Below are positions 38,437-49,873 of a stretch of 64,000 nucleotides of DNA, one piece after another. The notes below the pieces were generated by a model, which made no database searches, had not been told where the DNA came from, and saw nothing but the letters and a program-made list of their open reading frames with translations. Origin of the DNA: Trueperaceae bacterium (GTDB taxonomy: Bacteria > Deinococcota > Deinococci > Deinococcales > Trueperaceae); the NCBI GenBank assembly GCA_965214405.1, contig OZ243956.1, positions 128,001 through 192,000 of the forward strand. The letters are read 5' to 3'. Every line of letters starts with the position of its first letter. The first letter of the stretch is position 1. A program made the position numbers and the translations under genes.

Positions 38437-40425
38437 ATGATGACCACAGAACCCTTGATGATAGACACGGACGCCCCCAAAACCAGAGCCACCTACTACG
38501 CCACCACCCCCATCTTTTATGTAAATGCCGAGCCGCACATCGGCCACGCCTACACGACGACGCTGGTGGACGTGGTCACGCGCTTTCACCGCCTCAAAGG
38601 AGACGACACCTACTTTTTGACGGGCACCGACGAGCACGGCGAACGCATTTATCAAGTGGCGACCTCGAAAGGACAAACGCCTCAAGAATATACGGATGAG
38701 GTTGCAGCCAAGTTCCGTAACGTCTGGGACAGTTTAGGCATTCACTACGACGAATTCATCCGCACCACCGAAGAGCGCCACAAAAAGGTCGTAAGCGAGA
38801 TTTTGCAGCGCGTTTACGACAACGGCGACATCATCTTTGGCGAGTACGGCGGGCTCTACTGCGTGGGCTGCGAACGTTACTACACCGAAAAGGAGCTTGT
38901 GGACGGGCGGTGTCCGCAGCACGACATCAGGCTCGAGTACCGCAGCGAAGAAAACTACTTCTTCCGCATGGAAAAGTACCGCCCCTGGCTGCGTGAGTAC
39001 ATCGACGTGAACCCCGACTTCATCCGGCCCGAGCGTTACAAAAACGAGGTTCTGGGCATCCTGCGCGAGCCCATCGGCGACCTCTCCATCAGCCGCCCGC
39101 GTGAGCGGGTGCCGTGGGGTATTCCGCTGCCGTGGGATGAAAACCACGTGACCTATGTGTGGTTCGACGCGCTTATCAATTATTTTTCGGCGCTCGAGAG
39201 TGGCGGCTTGACCGAACGCTACTGGCCGCATGTGGAGCACTTTATCGCCAAGGATATCCTCAAGCCTCACGGCGTCTTCTGGCCCACCATGCTCAAGTCG
39301 GCGGGGCTGCCTCTGTACAGGCACCTCAACGTTCACGGCTACTGGCTCGTGGACGGCGGCAAGATGAGCAAATCGAAGGGGAACGTCGTGCGCCCCCTCG
39401 ACCTCAAGGACAAGTACGGCAACGACGCCTTTCGCTACTACCTGCTGCGCGACATGACCTTTGGCCTGGACGCGACATTCAGCGAGGTGGGCTTGGCCGA
39501 GCGCATCAACTCGGACCTGGCGAACGACCTGGGCAACCTCCTAAACCGCACGCTGGGGATGCTCGGGAAATATCGCAACGGAGTAGTCAAGGGGCCGGGG
39601 GAGCTTCTGCCGATTGACGAGGCGCTGCGCGACACTTTCACATCTCTTCCCAAAACCGTCACCGAACACTTTGACCGCTTACAATTTGACCGGGCCATCG
39701 AGAGCGTGCTGGAGGGCGTGCGCGCGGCGAACAAGTACATCGCCGAGACGCAGCCGTGGGCCTTGGCGAAAGACGAGGCAAAGGCGGAGCGTTTGGACAC
39801 GGTGCTCTACACCTGCGTTGAAGCGTTGCGCTGCGCGTCCATCCTGCTCGACCCTGTGATTCCAAACAAGGCGCAGGAGTTGCGCGAACAGCTTGGCTTG
39901 GAGACGCTTTACTACGATTTGGGCAAAGCCTCGAGCTGGGGCGACACGCCCGCCGACACCCAGACAAAGCCGGGCGACCCGCTCTTTCCGCGAATTGATT
40001 TGGAGGCGCTGCTCAAAGAGGTGGTGCAGGAGGAGAGAATGGCGGAGGACGGAACTAAACCCGAAAGCAAGCACGTAGAACATAAGGAGATAGAGCACAA
40101 GGACGAGGTGACGATTGAGGACTTTGCGCGGCTCGAGTTCCGCGTCGCCGAAGTTGTGGACGTAAAGCCTCACCCCAAGGCCGACAAGCTCCTGGTGCTC
40201 TCAATCAAGCTCGGAAACGAGGAGCGCACCATCGTCTCGGGCATCCGCGAGTGGTACAAACCCGAAGAGTTGACGGGCAAAAAGGTCATCATCGTCGCCA
40301 ACTTGAAACCCGTGAAGTTGCGCGGCGTCGAGTCGCAGGGGATGATTCTGGCGGCGGAGGACGAGACCGGCTTGAGCGTGGCAACCCTGGACCGTGATAT
40401 CGCCTCGGGTAGCGAAGTGCGGTAA
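38437..40425 (+). CDS. metG: Methionine--tRNA ligase with C-terminal tRNA-binding (Trbp111-like) domain
   Basis: HIGH, YVWFDAL, KMSKS, 'RTIVSGI..ANLKP.KLRGVESQGMILAA'. Confidence 0.98.
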   Translation: MMTTEPLMIDTDAPKTRATYYATTPIFYVNAEPHIGHAYTTTLVDVVTRFHRLKGDDTYFLTGTDEHGERIYQVATSKGQTPQEYTDEVAAKFRNVWDSLGIHYDEFIRTTEERHKKVVSEILQRVYDNGDIIFGEYGGLYCVGCERYYTEKELVDGRCPQHDIRLEYRSEENYFFRMEKYRPWLREYIDVNPDFIRPERYKNEVLGILREPIGDLSISRPRERVPWGIPLPWDENHVTYVWFDALINYFSALESGGLTERYWPHVEHFIAKDILKPHGVFWPTMLKSAGLPLYRHLNVHGYWLVDGGKMSKSKGNVVRPLDLKDKYGNDAFRYYLLRDMTFGLDATFSEVGLAERINSDLANDLGNLLNRTLGMLGKYRNGVVKGPGELLPIDEALRDTFTSLPKTVTEHFDRLQFDRAIESVLEGVRAANKYIAETQPWALAKDEAKAERLDTVLYTCVEALRCASILLDPVIPNKAQELREQLGLETLYYDLGKASSWGDTPADTQTKPGDPLFPRIDLEALLKEVVQEERMAEDGTKPESKHVEHKEIEHKDEVTIEDFARLEFRVAEVVDVKPHPKADKLLVLSIKLGNEERTIVSGIREWYKPEELTGKKVIIVANLKPVKLRGVESQGMILAAEDETGLSVATLDRDIASGSEVR

Positions 40426-40501
40426 GAATTAGCGTGGGGAGATAGGGTGTAGAGGGATAGGGAGAATACTCCCCATCTCCTCCGCCCCTCTGCCCCCTAT
40501 C

Positions 40502-42550
40502 TCAAATCACCCGGTCATTCCCGCCGTCAACCGGAATCTGCGCCCCGGTGGTTTTGGAGAAAGCCGGACCCGCGAGCGCCAGCACCACCTCGGCGACGCT
40601 TTTCGAGGTGATTTCGGTGCGGAGCAGGTTTTTGGTGCGGTACTGCTTGACGGTAAGGCCGTAGTGCTCGGCGCGCTTTTGCAAAACTTCTTCAGTCCAA
40701 ATGCCGGTGTCAAAGACCGCGTCGGGATGCACCACGTTGACGCGGACGCCGTCAGGGGCAAGCTCGAGCGCCGCCACCCGCGCAAGCTGCGTGAGCCCCG
40801 CCTTGGCAACCGAATAGGCCCCCGCCCCCGGACCGGGTGCCGCAACGTTCTTCGAGCCGACGATGATGATGGTCGCGTCCGTACTCTGCCGCAGATGGGA
40901 GATGCTAGCTTTTATGAGCCGCTGGTGACTTGTTAAGTTGACCTCGAGGCTTTGTGACCACGTGTCGTTCTGCATGTCCTCGAGCCTCTTACTAGGCGGA
41001 AAAATCCCCGCATTGCTCACAACGATATCAAGCCTACCGAAAAGGCGCACCGCCTCGTCCACCGCTTCCTGTAGCGCGTTCTCGTTGGTCACGTCGCAGA
41101 CGAAGCCCTTTTGCATCTCACCGCGAAAGATAGCTTCCACATCAGATTGAATATCCAGCGCCACCACCGCCGCGCCCGCTTCGGAAAAAGCTTCGGCGCA
41201 CGCCCTGCCGATGCCGCTCGCCGCACCCGTGACCAGCGCGACTTTGCCCGCGAAAGGAAGGGCGGGTTTGGAGGAAGGCCTCAAACTTTGCGAACGGCCC
41301 GCCAGCTCCTCACGCACAACGTCAAGAAGCGCGTCTACGGTGGTGATGTGGGCGCGGTTGGTTATCCAGCTCGAGCCGATACGCACCGCCAAACGTTCAG
41401 CCACCGCCCGCGCTTCTAAATTCTCAATACTGCCTAAGTCCCACACACTCACAATGCCCATCATCCGCCGCAGCATCTCGCAGCCGCCGTGCCCGGCGCT
41501 GTCTTGTAGGACGCGCGTTAGGTAAGCCTTTTGGTAGGCGCGAAACGCCTCTTCGCCTCCGGTAAAGTCCCAATACGCCTTGCGGTCGGGGTCAGTCTGG
41601 TGGTGCGCCGTCCACAAGCGTTCGAACTTCTCGCTAAAAAGTTCCCAGATGTTGCGGACTGTGTCCAGCAAGTAATCCTGATATTCCCTTCTCGCCTCCT
41701 CGTCGGGGGTATGAGCTACGTGCGAGAGAGCGTTTAGAACAAGGTTGGCGAACAGGGTGCCGATGTCGTAACCCATCGGGCCGTAAAAGGCGAACTCGGG
41801 GTCGATGACCTTGGTGTCGCTTTCCGTCACCATCAGGCTGCCCGTGTGCAGGTCGCCGTGGAGGAGCGCCTGCGCGTGGGTCATGTAATTATGTTTAAGT
41901 TCGGCGATGGCAGCTTTGAGGAGGCCGTTCGTCCGGATTGACTGCACTTGGGGCTCGAGTTCCGGGTTCCACTGGTTTTCGGGAGAAGTTTTATAAGGGT
42001 TCGTGTAGACAAAATCCTCTTGCAACTTGCAAAGGTGCGGGTTGATAAACATTTTCTGCCGCGCCTTTTTCCCCTCGCCGCTTAGGAAAAGGTCGGAGGT
42101 GTGGAAGAGGGTCTGGGCGAGGAAGTGTGAGATATGCTCAGCAAACTCCGGGAAACGTTCTCGAGCCACCAGAGGCTTACGCATCACCTCATGCTCGCTC
42201 AAGAATTCCATCACCACCACAGACATGTCTTCATCGTGGTCATAAACCTTGGGCACAAGCCCCGGCGTGAGGTCGTTGTAGAACCTCAGCGCCTGCGTTT
42301 CGAAGCGCATCCGCTCGCGCGACAGGGGCCACGAATCACCCGCCACGCGCAGGTAAGGGAGCGCCTGCTTAAGCACCGCCGCCTCGTTTGGTTTATCAGG
42401 ATTACGGAGGATGAAAACTTGGTTGAGGTTACCATCGCCCACCTCGCTAGCGGTGAGGTTGAAAGAGGAAAAGACCTCGCGCAGCGCCTTGCGCTCACGG
42501 ACATACTCGAGCACCGACGCCTCAGTAAGTGCTTTGTAAGACATGGTCAC
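40502..42550 (-). CDS. mtnK: S-methyl-5-thioribose kinase fused to a C-terminal short-chain dehydrogenase
   Basis: EVGDGNLN, KQALPY, HGDLHTGS, IDPEFAFYGPMGYD, E.LRR..G; from about aa 433 TGAASGIG, NAG, YSVAK, 'TTGAQIPVDGGN'. Confidence 0.88.
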   Translation of the reverse strand: MTMSYKALTEASVLEYVRERKALREVFSSFNLTASEVGDGNLNQVFILRNPDKPNEAAVLKQALPYLRVAGDSWPLSRERMRFETQALRFYNDLTPGLVPKVYDHDEDMSVVVMEFLSEHEVMRKPLVARERFPEFAEHISHFLAQTLFHTSDLFLSGEGKKARQKMFINPHLCKLQEDFVYTNPYKTSPENQWNPELEPQVQSIRTNGLLKAAIAELKHNYMTHAQALLHGDLHTGSLMVTESDTKVIDPEFAFYGPMGYDIGTLFANLVLNALSHVAHTPDEEARREYQDYLLDTVRNIWELFSEKFERLWTAHHQTDPDRKAYWDFTGGEEAFRAYQKAYLTRVLQDSAGHGGCEMLRRMMGIVSVWDLGSIENLEARAVAERLAVRIGSSWITNRAHITTVDALLDVVREELAGRSQSLRPSSKPALPFAGKVALVTGAASGIGRACAEAFSEAGAAVVALDIQSDVEAIFRGEMQKGFVCDVTNENALQEAVDEAVRLFGRLDIVVSNAGIFPPSKRLEDMQNDTWSQSLEVNLTSHQRLIKASISHLRQSTDATIIIVGSKNVAAPGPGAGAYSVAKAGLTQLARVAALELAPDGVRVNVVHPDAVFDTGIWTEEVLQKRAEHYGLTVKQYRTKNLLRTEITSKSVAEVVLALAGPAFSKTTGAQIPVDGGNDRVI

Positions 42551-43652
42551 GCTCAGGAAAAAGTTCCAGAATACCCGCTTCGCTCGCCTCGCACACGCCC
42601 CGCTCGGTGATGAGGCCGGTGACGAGGCGAGAGGGCGTCACGTCAAACCCGTAGTTGCGCGCGGGCGAACCCGGCGGGGTGACTTGCACACTCACGAGTT
42701 TGTCCTCATACAAGCCTTCGACGTGGGTGACTTCACGCGGGTCGCGTTCCTCGATGGGCGTTTCTCGGACGCCGTCGCGCATCTCCCAATCAAAGGTTGA
42801 GGAGGGCAGCGCGGCGTAAAAGGGGACGTTGTTGTCTCGAGCCGCCAACGCTTTTAAGTAGGTGCCGATTTTGTTACCCACATCCCCCGTCCGGGTCGTC
42901 CGGTCACTGCCGACAATCACCACGTCCACCAGCCCGTGCTGCATGAGGTGGCCCCCGGCGTTGTCCGTCACCACCGTGTGCGGCACCCCGTGCTCGCCAA
43001 GCTCCCAAGCGGTGAGGCGCGCGCCCTGGTTGCGCGGGCGGGTTTCGTCCACCCAGACGTGGAGGGGGACGCCCTGGTCAAAAGCGGCGTAGATGGGCGA
43101 GGTCGCAGAACCGTAATCTACAAAGGCGAGCCAACCCGCGTTGCAGTGGGTGAGGATGTTGACAGGCTCACCATTTTTATGTTCAGCGATGGCTTCAATC
43201 AGCCCCACCCCGTGCTCCCCGATGCGGCGGCACGCGTCGGCGTCCTCATCGGCGATGCGTTGGGCACCCTCGAGCAGCCCCCCAAGCATCGCCTCAACAC
43301 TCCCCAAGCCTTCAACCGCTCTGAGAAGGCGTTTCACCGCCCACTCGAGGTTCACCGCCGTCGGGCGCGTCACCATCAAGCGTTCGCCCGACGTTCGTAA
43401 GTGAGCCAAAAACGCATCCGGATTTTCGTTTTCGGCCTCGAGCCCCGCCAGCAGCATCCCAAATCCCGCCGTCGCGCCGATGAGTCCCGCCCCACGCACC
43501 TGCATCTCCCGAATGGCGTAAGCGGCCTCGTCAACCGTGCGGAGTTCGACCACCTTGAACACGTGGGGAAGGCGGCGCTGGTCGATAACCTTGACCGTGC
43601 GCGTGTCCGGCTCGAGCCACACAGTGCGGTAGGGAGTACCTGCAACGTTCAT
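42522..43652 (-). CDS. mtnA: S-methyl-5-thioribose-1-phosphate isomerase
   Basis: DQRRLP, VRGA, RPTAVNL, THCNAG, DETRP..QG..LT, NKIGTY, FDVTP. Confidence 0.95.
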   Translation of the reverse strand: MNVAGTPYRTVWLEPDTRTVKVIDQRRLPHVFKVVELRTVDEAAYAIREMQVRGAGLIGATAGFGMLLAGLEAENENPDAFLAHLRTSGERLMVTRPTAVNLEWAVKRLLRAVEGLGSVEAMLGGLLEGAQRIADEDADACRRIGEHGVGLIEAIAEHKNGEPVNILTHCNAGWLAFVDYGSATSPIYAAFDQGVPLHVWVDETRPRNQGARLTAWELGEHGVPHTVVTDNAGGHLMQHGLVDVVIVGSDRTTRTGDVGNKIGTYLKALAARDNNVPFYAALPSSTFDWEMRDGVRETPIEERDPREVTHVEGLYEDKLVSVQVTPPGSPARNYGFDVTPSRLVTGLITERGVCEASEAGILELFPERDHVLQSTY

Positions 43653-43664
43653 CAGCCGCGCACC

Positions 43665-44558
43665 TCAGCCTCTAACTTCTACGTTGGCTTGCTGCTCGAG
43701 CGCCTTTATCATCGCCGAGGCGTTCTCCTCGCCCCAGCCGCCGTTCACCGCCGCCTTGATGGTCTCGCGGGTGCTCACGGTGGCGGGGATGGGGGAATTT
43801 AAGTCTTCGGCAAAGCGGGCGATGAGGTTGGCGTCTTTGAGCATGTGTTTGAGCGCGAACGAGGTGGAAAAGTCGCGCTCGATAAGCGCGCCCCCGACGC
43901 CGTCGAAGATGGGCGAGCGGAAGTCGGTCACGTGGAGCACGTCGAGCACGTCACGCGGGTTCAAGCCCGCCTTGGTCGCCAGAATCATGGCCTCGCCCAG
44001 GGCCTCGAGCTGCGCCGCCACAATCAAATTGCCTACGAGCTTCATTGACGTACCCTTGCCCACGTCGCCCATGTGGTGAACGGTTTCGCTTAGGTGCTCG
44101 AGAACGGGCTTGACCTTGTTGAACGCCTCTTTCTCACCCCCGACGATAATCCAGAGTCCCGCGTTGGCAGATTCATTTTTGCTGCCGAACACGGGCGCGT
44201 CGAGAAAGGAAACGCCCTTCGCGCTGTACGCCTCTCCTTCGCGGCGGCTCAGGTTGGGATGGACGGTGCTCATGTCCACGGCGATTTGGCCCTCGCTGAC
44301 ACCCTCTAAAACCCCGTTCTCCCCAAAGACCACCTCCTCCACCGCCACGTCGTTGCTGAGGCAGTACATGATGAGGTCGGCCCCCTTCACCGCTTCGGCA
44401 GGCGTGTCGGCTCGAGCTGCCCCCTCCTTAACCGCATCCTCCGTTTTATCCTCGCTGCGGTTCCACACGGTTACGTCGTACCCGGCCTTGAGGAGATTGC
44501 CCACCATCCCCTGACCCATGATGCCCAAACCGAGATACGCAATTTTTTGAATCGTCAT
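43665..44558 (-). CDS. NAD(P)-dependent beta-hydroxyacid dehydrogenase (GarR/HIBADH family)
   Basis: [19 protein letters not shown], 'F.LKHM.KD'. Confidence 0.9.
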   Translation of the reverse strand: MTIQKIAYLGLGIMGQGMVGNLLKAGYDVTVWNRSEDKTEDAVKEGAARADTPAEAVKGADLIMYCLSNDVAVEEVVFGENGVLEGVSEGQIAVDMSTVHPNLSRREGEAYSAKGVSFLDAPVFGSKNESANAGLWIIVGGEKEAFNKVKPVLEHLSETVHHMGDVGKGTSMKLVGNLIVAAQLEALGEAMILATKAGLNPRDVLDVLHVTDFRSPIFDGVGGALIERDFSTSFALKHMLKDANLIARFAEDLNSPIPATVSTRETIKAAVNGGWGEENASAMIKALEQQANVEVRG

Positions 44559-45184
44559 TTCGTCCCTTCGACAACGGCTTCTAAAAGAATCACCAGCGCG
44601 GCGCAGCCGGGGTCCACTCGGCCCTCGGTGCGTTCGCCTACCCAGCCCGCGCGGCCTATTTTGCTGCGTTGGGGGGTGACGGACTCGAGGCCCGCCCTAG
44701 CCGCCGTCACCATCTTTTCTCCGGCTTCTTGTAGACTCTCGCCCCGCTGGACGGCTTCCGAAAACGCCGCCGCCGCCGGGTGGAGCGCGTCAATTATAGT
44801 CTTGTCGCCCGGTTTGGCCTTGCCCCGCTCTTGAATCCCTTGGTCGGCAGCGTGAAGCATCTCCGCTACGTCTTCGGAGGTTAGCTCGCTCTTACCCTTG
44901 GCAACCTTGCCCGCGCGCATGAGGGCGGTGGCTAAAAGTGTGCCCATTGTGGAGGAGGCGGCGCGGTTGACCGCCATGCCCGCCGAGGCGATGTAGCTTC
45001 CTAAGTCGTCCTCCGGCGGCGTTTGTAGATAGGACTCGAGCGCCGCCGCCGCTTTAGACGCAGTTATCCCCAAGTCGCCGTCACCCACCGCTTGGTCGAG
45101 TTCGGTGAGGTAATCGCTTTTCGCGTTAAGCCCCGCCGCCCCGCGCCGCAGCGCCTCCGTCACGTCCCTTCCCGTTACCGTCAT
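44555..45184 (-). CDS. dhaL: Dihydroxyacetone kinase-like subunit L (DAK2)
   Basis: [29 protein letters not shown]. Confidence 0.9.
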   Translation of the reverse strand: MTVTGRDVTEALRRGAAGLNAKSDYLTELDQAVGDGDLGITASKAAAALESYLQTPPEDDLGSYIASAGMAVNRAASSTMGTLLATALMRAGKVAKGKSELTSEDVAEMLHAADQGIQERGKAKPGDKTIIDALHPAAAAFSEAVQRGESLQEAGEKMVTAARAGLESVTPQRSKIGRAGWVGERTEGRVDPGCAALVILLEAVVEGTK

Positions 45185-45185
45185 C

Positions 45186-46184
45186 CTAAACCTGCGTAAA
45201 GAACGGCGTCCGCGCGGGCGCGTCCAAAAGGCGCGTCAGCTCGTCATCAAGCCGAAAAATCGTGAGTGAGGCTCCGGCCATCTCCATCGAGGTCGCGTAC
45301 TCGCCGACATAGGCGCGGTGGACGCTGATGTCGTGCTCGCTTAACAGGTCGTGAACCTTGCGGTACATGATGTAAAGCTCCTCGGGCGGGGTCGCGCCGA
45401 GACCGTTGACCATTACCGCGACGCGGTCTCCCGCCGCCGGTTTTAAGTCGTCCAGAATGGCCGTCGTCATGCGCTCGGTGATTTCGTCCGCGCTTTGTAA
45501 CTTTTCGCGCTTCATGCCGGGCTCACCGTGGATGCCCATGCCGATTTCCATTTCATCTTCGCCCAGCGTAAAGCCGGGCTTGCCGACGCGCGGCACGATG
45601 CAGGGCGAGAGCGCGACGCCCATCGTACGGAGGTTGGCTAAAGCTTTTTCCGTCGCCTCGGCCACCTCGTCAAGTGACGCGCCCTCGTCCGCCTTGGCCC
45701 CGGCGATTTTGAACGCAAACACCATCCCCGCAACGCCCCGCCGCCGCTCGGCCTCCTCTGGCGGCGCGGAGGCCACGTCGTCTTTGACCAAGACGGTACG
45801 AGTTTGAATGTCCTCGAGGTCGGCCATCTCGGCGGCCATATCGAAGTTCATCACGTCGCCGCCGTAGTTGCCGTAGATGTAGAGGACGCCCTTACCGCCG
45901 TCAATGCGCTTGGTGACTTCCAGCATCTGCTCCGAACTCGGACTGTTAAACACGTCCCCCACCGCGCACCCGTCGAGCATCCCCTTACCGACGTAGCCCA
46001 AAAACATGGGTAAATGCCCCGAGCCGCCCCCCGTCGCCAGCCCCACCTTGCCCGCCACGGGCGCGTCGGTTCGCACGACGGCGTGAACATCTTCTGCATA
46101 AGAGTACACATCGGGATGCGCCTTGAAAAGCCCGTCCAGCACCTCCGGGACAAAGTCTTCGGGTTTATTGAGAATCTTTTTCAC
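45186..46184 (-). CDS. dhaK: Dihydroxyacetone kinase-like subunit K (DAK1)
   Basis: [47 protein letters not shown]. Confidence 0.92.
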   Translation of the reverse strand: MKKILNKPEDFVPEVLDGLFKAHPDVYSYAEDVHAVVRTDAPVAGKVGLATGGGSGHLPMFLGYVGKGMLDGCAVGDVFNSPSSEQMLEVTKRIDGGKGVLYIYGNYGGDVMNFDMAAEMADLEDIQTRTVLVKDDVASAPPEEAERRRGVAGMVFAFKIAGAKADEGASLDEVAEATEKALANLRTMGVALSPCIVPRVGKPGFTLGEDEMEIGMGIHGEPGMKREKLQSADEITERMTTAILDDLKPAAGDRVAVMVNGLGATPPEELYIMYRKVHDLLSEHDISVHRAYVGEYATSMEMAGASLTIFRLDDELTRLLDAPARTPFFTQV

Positions 46185-46217
46185 CTTGCCTCCTTCACCC
46201 AATCTAACACCGCGCCC

Positions 46218-47237
46218 TCACCCGCTCCCCCCACGCCCGCCGCGTCTCAGCCTCCCCAGACTCACCACGCTCATCACAATCACGATGAGGAGCAGCGCGC
46301 CCCACACAAACTCCTTGGCGAAGTTGCTGAAGCGCAGGATGTTGAAGCCGCTCGAGAGAAACTGGAGCGACAGCACCGCCAGAAACACCCCCGCCACCTT
46401 GCCGAAGCCGCCGTAGGGGTTGACGCCGCCCAGCACCGCAATCAGGATGGTGAGGAGCAAATAAGAGGAACCGAAGTCCGCCTTGGCCGAGTTCGCCCGC
46501 GACATCATGATGACGCCCGCGACGGAAGACAGGAGACCGCAAAGCATGTATGTCCGCACGATGAGCCGGTCGTTGTCGAGCCCCGCGAAACGCGCCGCTA
46601 ACGGGTTCGTCCCCAGCATGTAAATCTTTTCGCCAAAGGGGGTGCGGTTGAGCACCACCGCCACCGCCACCGCCGCGACGGCGAACACGATAAAAGGCAC
46701 CGGAAAAGGCCCCAGCGAGCCGTTGCCGACCACGCTGAACTCCCTCGGAAACCCCAGCACCGCCCGCCCCCCGGTGAGGCCGATGCCGATGCCCATATAC
46801 ACCTGCGAGGTGCCCAGCGTCGCCAAAATGGGCGGGATGCCGAGGCGGGAGATGAGCAGGCCGTTAATCGCGCCCGCCGTGAGTCCGGTGGTGAGCGCAA
46901 TCAAAATAGCTAAGAAGATGGCGGTGGTGGGCTCGAGCCCCCCCATCCTCAACACAAATGCCCCAAAAATCCCCGCCAAGTTGGCTGCCCCGATGATGGA
47001 CAAGTCAATCCCGCCCGTGAGCATCGAGAGCATCATGGCGAGCGAGAGAATCGCAAACTCGGGAAACTGAAACGCCATCGAGCGCACGTTCTTGAGCGTG
47101 AAAAACTCGTCGGGGCGCGCCACACTCATGACAGCGAAAATACCCGCGGTGATAAAAAGGAGTCGCACCAGCCCGATGTCTTTGGGAATGAGGCTGCGCC
47201 AGGTGAACCCGCTCCGGCCCTGCGACGTGCTCTGCAC
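46218..47237 (-). CDS. CUT2 sugar ABC permease
   Basis: GGIDLS, PILATLGT, G.N..AARFAG, 'AVLGGV...GG.G'. Confidence 0.92.
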   Translation of the reverse strand: MQSTSQGRSGFTWRSLIPKDIGLVRLLFITAGIFAVMSVARPDEFFTLKNVRSMAFQFPEFAILSLAMMLSMLTGGIDLSIIGAANLAGIFGAFVLRMGGLEPTTAIFLAILIALTTGLTAGAINGLLISRLGIPPILATLGTSQVYMGIGIGLTGGRAVLGFPREFSVVGNGSLGPFPVPFIVFAVAAVAVAVVLNRTPFGEKIYMLGTNPLAARFAGLDNDRLIVRTYMLCGLLSSVAGVIMMSRANSAKADFGSSYLLLTILIAVLGGVNPYGGFGKVAGVFLAVLSLQFLSSGFNILRFSNFAKEFVWGALLLIVIVMSVVSLGRLRRGGRGGSG

Positions 47238-48239
47238 CTAAACCGCCCCCGCCCGTCGCCCCGCGCGCAGGCTCTGGTACGCGGGAACGCCCGTCCCGAG
47301 GAGGATGAGCAGGCCGATGATTAAATTCTGCCAGACTGACGGGATGCCCAAGAGAATCAAACTGTTGTTGATAATGACAATCAGCGCCACCCCCAACAGC
47401 GTCCCCAGAATCGTGCCGTGCCCGCCCGTGAGCCGCGCCCCGCCGAGCACGACGGCGGCGATGACGGTCAGCTCGAGCCCCACTAAATCAAACGGGTCCG
47501 CCGTCCGCGTCAGGGCCGCGTGGATGATGCCCGCGCCGCCGGAGAGCAGCCCCACAAAGCCGTAGATAAAAAACTGCACCCCGACCACGTTGATACCCGC
47601 GCGCCCCGCCGCGACCCTTGAGCCCCCCAGCGCGAAAATCTGCCGCCCCAGCATCGTCCGGTAGAGGATGAACCAGACCAAGACCACCGCGCCCACCAGG
47701 AACAAAAACGCGGTGGGCAGGGCGTAAAAAAACCCGTTGTCGGTGGTGAAACTCAGCAGCTTCGCCCCCCAGACCTCCCGCAGCCCGTCCGGCACGCGGG
47801 TGATGCGGTTGCTCCCCACAAAGGTGAGCAGGAAGCCACGAAAGAGCGAGAGCGTCCCCAGCGTGACGATGAGCGTCGGCAGCTTAAAGAGCGCGATGAA
47901 GACGGCGTTAAAGAGTCCCAATCCCAAACCGATGAGGCAGGCCAGAACAAAAGCAACCGCGAACGAGCCGCCCAATCCCGTGGCGATGACGATTTTCGTC
48001 GCCGCGTAGAGCGCAAAAACCGCCACCGCGGTAAACGATACATCAATGCCGCCCGAGATGAGCACCAAGAGCACCCCCACCGCGAAGATGCCCATCACGA
48101 TGCTCCCGCGCAGGAGGTCGAAGAGCGTGCCGAGGCTGAAAAAGGCGGGGCTCACGAAGCTGGCGACGATGCAGTAAGCGACGATAATGGCCGCGACCAG
48201 CGTTTCGTTGCGTTTGAAAAGTGCCTTAAACCCTGACAC
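47238..48239 (-). CDS. CUT2 sugar ABC permease
   Basis: GGIDVSF, IVTLGT, '[17 protein letters not shown]'; start uncertain (GTG 48239 or 48293). Confidence 0.9.
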   Translation of the reverse strand: MSGFKALFKRNETLVAAIIVAYCIVASFVSPAFFSLGTLFDLLRGSIVMGIFAVGVLLVLISGGIDVSFTAVAVFALYAATKIVIATGLGGSFAVAFVLACLIGLGLGLFNAVFIALFKLPTLIVTLGTLSLFRGFLLTFVGSNRITRVPDGLREVWGAKLLSFTTDNGFFYALPTAFLFLVGAVVLVWFILYRTMLGRQIFALGGSRVAAGRAGINVVGVQFFIYGFVGLLSGGAGIIHAALTRTADPFDLVGLELTVIAAVVLGGARLTGGHGTILGTLLGVALIVIINNSLILLGIPSVWQNLIIGLLILLGTGVPAYQSLRAGRRAGAV

Positions 48240-49770
48240 TGGTTCCTTCTGCAGGGGCTCGAGCCTCACCCACAGCTTCACCCACAGCCTCACCGCTCAG
48301 TTTTTGCGCGAGCGAGTCGTCCGTCACCTCGTCGCGCGCCAGCGCCTCGGTCACGCGGCCCGCTTTCATGATGAGGATGCGGTGGCAGTTGCCCAACAAC
48401 TCGGGGATGTCGTCCGAGACGATGATAACGCCCATGCCGCCCCCCGCCAAGTCCGCGATAATCTCGTGGATGTCCGCCTTGGAGCCGATGTCCACACCCA
48501 CGGTAGGGCCGTTCAGAATCAAAATCTTTGGCTTAGTAGCGAGCCAGCGCGCCAGCACCACCCGCTGCTGATTGCCCCCCGAAAGGCTCTGCACGGGCTC
48601 CGCGGGCGACGGCGTGACGATGTTGAGCCCGTCCACCCAGCGCGCGGTTTCTTTGCGCAGCGCCCGCCCGTCCACGAACCCCGCTCGAGAGAGCGCGTCC
48701 ACCTTGCTCACGACGATGTTGCGCCCGATGGACTGCTCCAAAAAAAGCCCTTCGGTGAGCCTGTCCTCGGGTACGTAGCCGATGCCTACGCGCAGCGCGT
48801 CTTGGGGCGAGCGGATGGTGACGCGGCGGCCCTCGACCTCAAGCCCCCCCGACTCAATCGGCAAGAGACCAAAAAGCGCCTTGGCTAAGGCTGTCCGCCC
48901 CGAGCCCAAAAGCCCCGCCACGCCCAGCACCTCCCCGCGGTGAAGCTCGAACGACACGCCCGAAAACGCCGCCCCCGCGCTCAAGTTGCTCACCTTGAGG
49001 AGACTCCGCCCCCGCTCCCCGCCGCCCGCCACGCCGTGAGCCGCACTCAGCTTGCGTCCGGTCATGTGGTAGGCGAGCGATTCGTAAGTAAACTCCGACG
49101 CGTCGCCGTCGGCCACCTTCTCGCCGTTGCGCAAGACGGCGATTTTCTGCGACACCTCGAACACCTCGTTGAGCTTATGGCTCACGAACAACACCGAAAC
49201 CCCGTCAGCCTGCAACTTCCCGATAATTTGCAAGAGCGAACGCACCTCCCGCTCGGTGAGCGCGGTGGTGGGCTCGTCCATGATGATGAGTTTGGCGTCG
49301 GCTAGGAGGGCTCTCGAGATGGCGATGAGCTGCTTGTCCGCCACGGGCAGCGTCTCCACGGGCGCGTCGAGGTCTAAATCCACCCCCACCTTGGCGACGG
49401 CCTCCTCCGCCAGCCTGCGCACGCGCCGCCAGTTCATAAAGCGCCGCCCGGAGGCGAGTTCCTGGTTAAAGGCGATATTCTCCGCCGCCGTGAGATTGGG
49501 GAAAAGCGAAAAGTCCTGATAGATGATCTGCACGCCCTCGCGGATGGCGTCTCGGGGACGCAAACTCTTGTAGCGCCTCTCGCCGATGACAATTTCGCCC
49601 GCGTCGGGTGGATGCGCGCCCGCGATAATCTTTATCAGCGTGCTCTTGCCCGAGCCGTTCTCGCCCGCCAAGCAGCGGACCTCGCCCCGCCCGATGTCCA
49701 GGCTTACGTCGGAAAGCGCCTGCACGCCCGAAAAAGATTTGCTGATGTTGCGAACGCTTACGAGTGACAA
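48226..49770 (-). CDS. CUT2 sugar ABC ATPase (two domains)
   Basis: GENGSGKST, MDEPT, PEDR, LSGGNQQR. Confidence 0.95.
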   Translation of the reverse strand: MSLVSVRNISKSFSGVQALSDVSLDIGRGEVRCLAGENGSGKSTLIKIIAGAHPPDAGEIVIGERRYKSLRPRDAIREGVQIIYQDFSLFPNLTAAENIAFNQELASGRRFMNWRRVRRLAEEAVAKVGVDLDLDAPVETLPVADKQLIAISRALLADAKLIIMDEPTTALTEREVRSLLQIIGKLQADGVSVLFVSHKLNEVFEVSQKIAVLRNGEKVADGDASEFTYESLAYHMTGRKLSAAHGVAGGGERGRSLLKVSNLSAGAAFSGVSFELHRGEVLGVAGLLGSGRTALAKALFGLLPIESGGLEVEGRRVTIRSPQDALRVGIGYVPEDRLTEGLFLEQSIGRNIVVSKVDALSRAGFVDGRALRKETARWVDGLNIVTPSPAEPVQSLSGGNQQRVVLARWLATKPKILILNGPTVGVDIGSKADIHEIIADLAGGGMGVIIVSDDIPELLGNCHRILIMKAGRVTEALARDEVTDDSLAQKLSGEAVGEAVGEARAPAEGTSVRV

Positions 49771-49873
49771 AATAGTCCTTCAAAATAGTTTGGGGATGCA
49801 GATGGGCTTTGTGGAAGTAGCTTTAAATTACCCCCACGCAAGAAACTTAGAGGGTGTCGAGCATCCATTGCCT

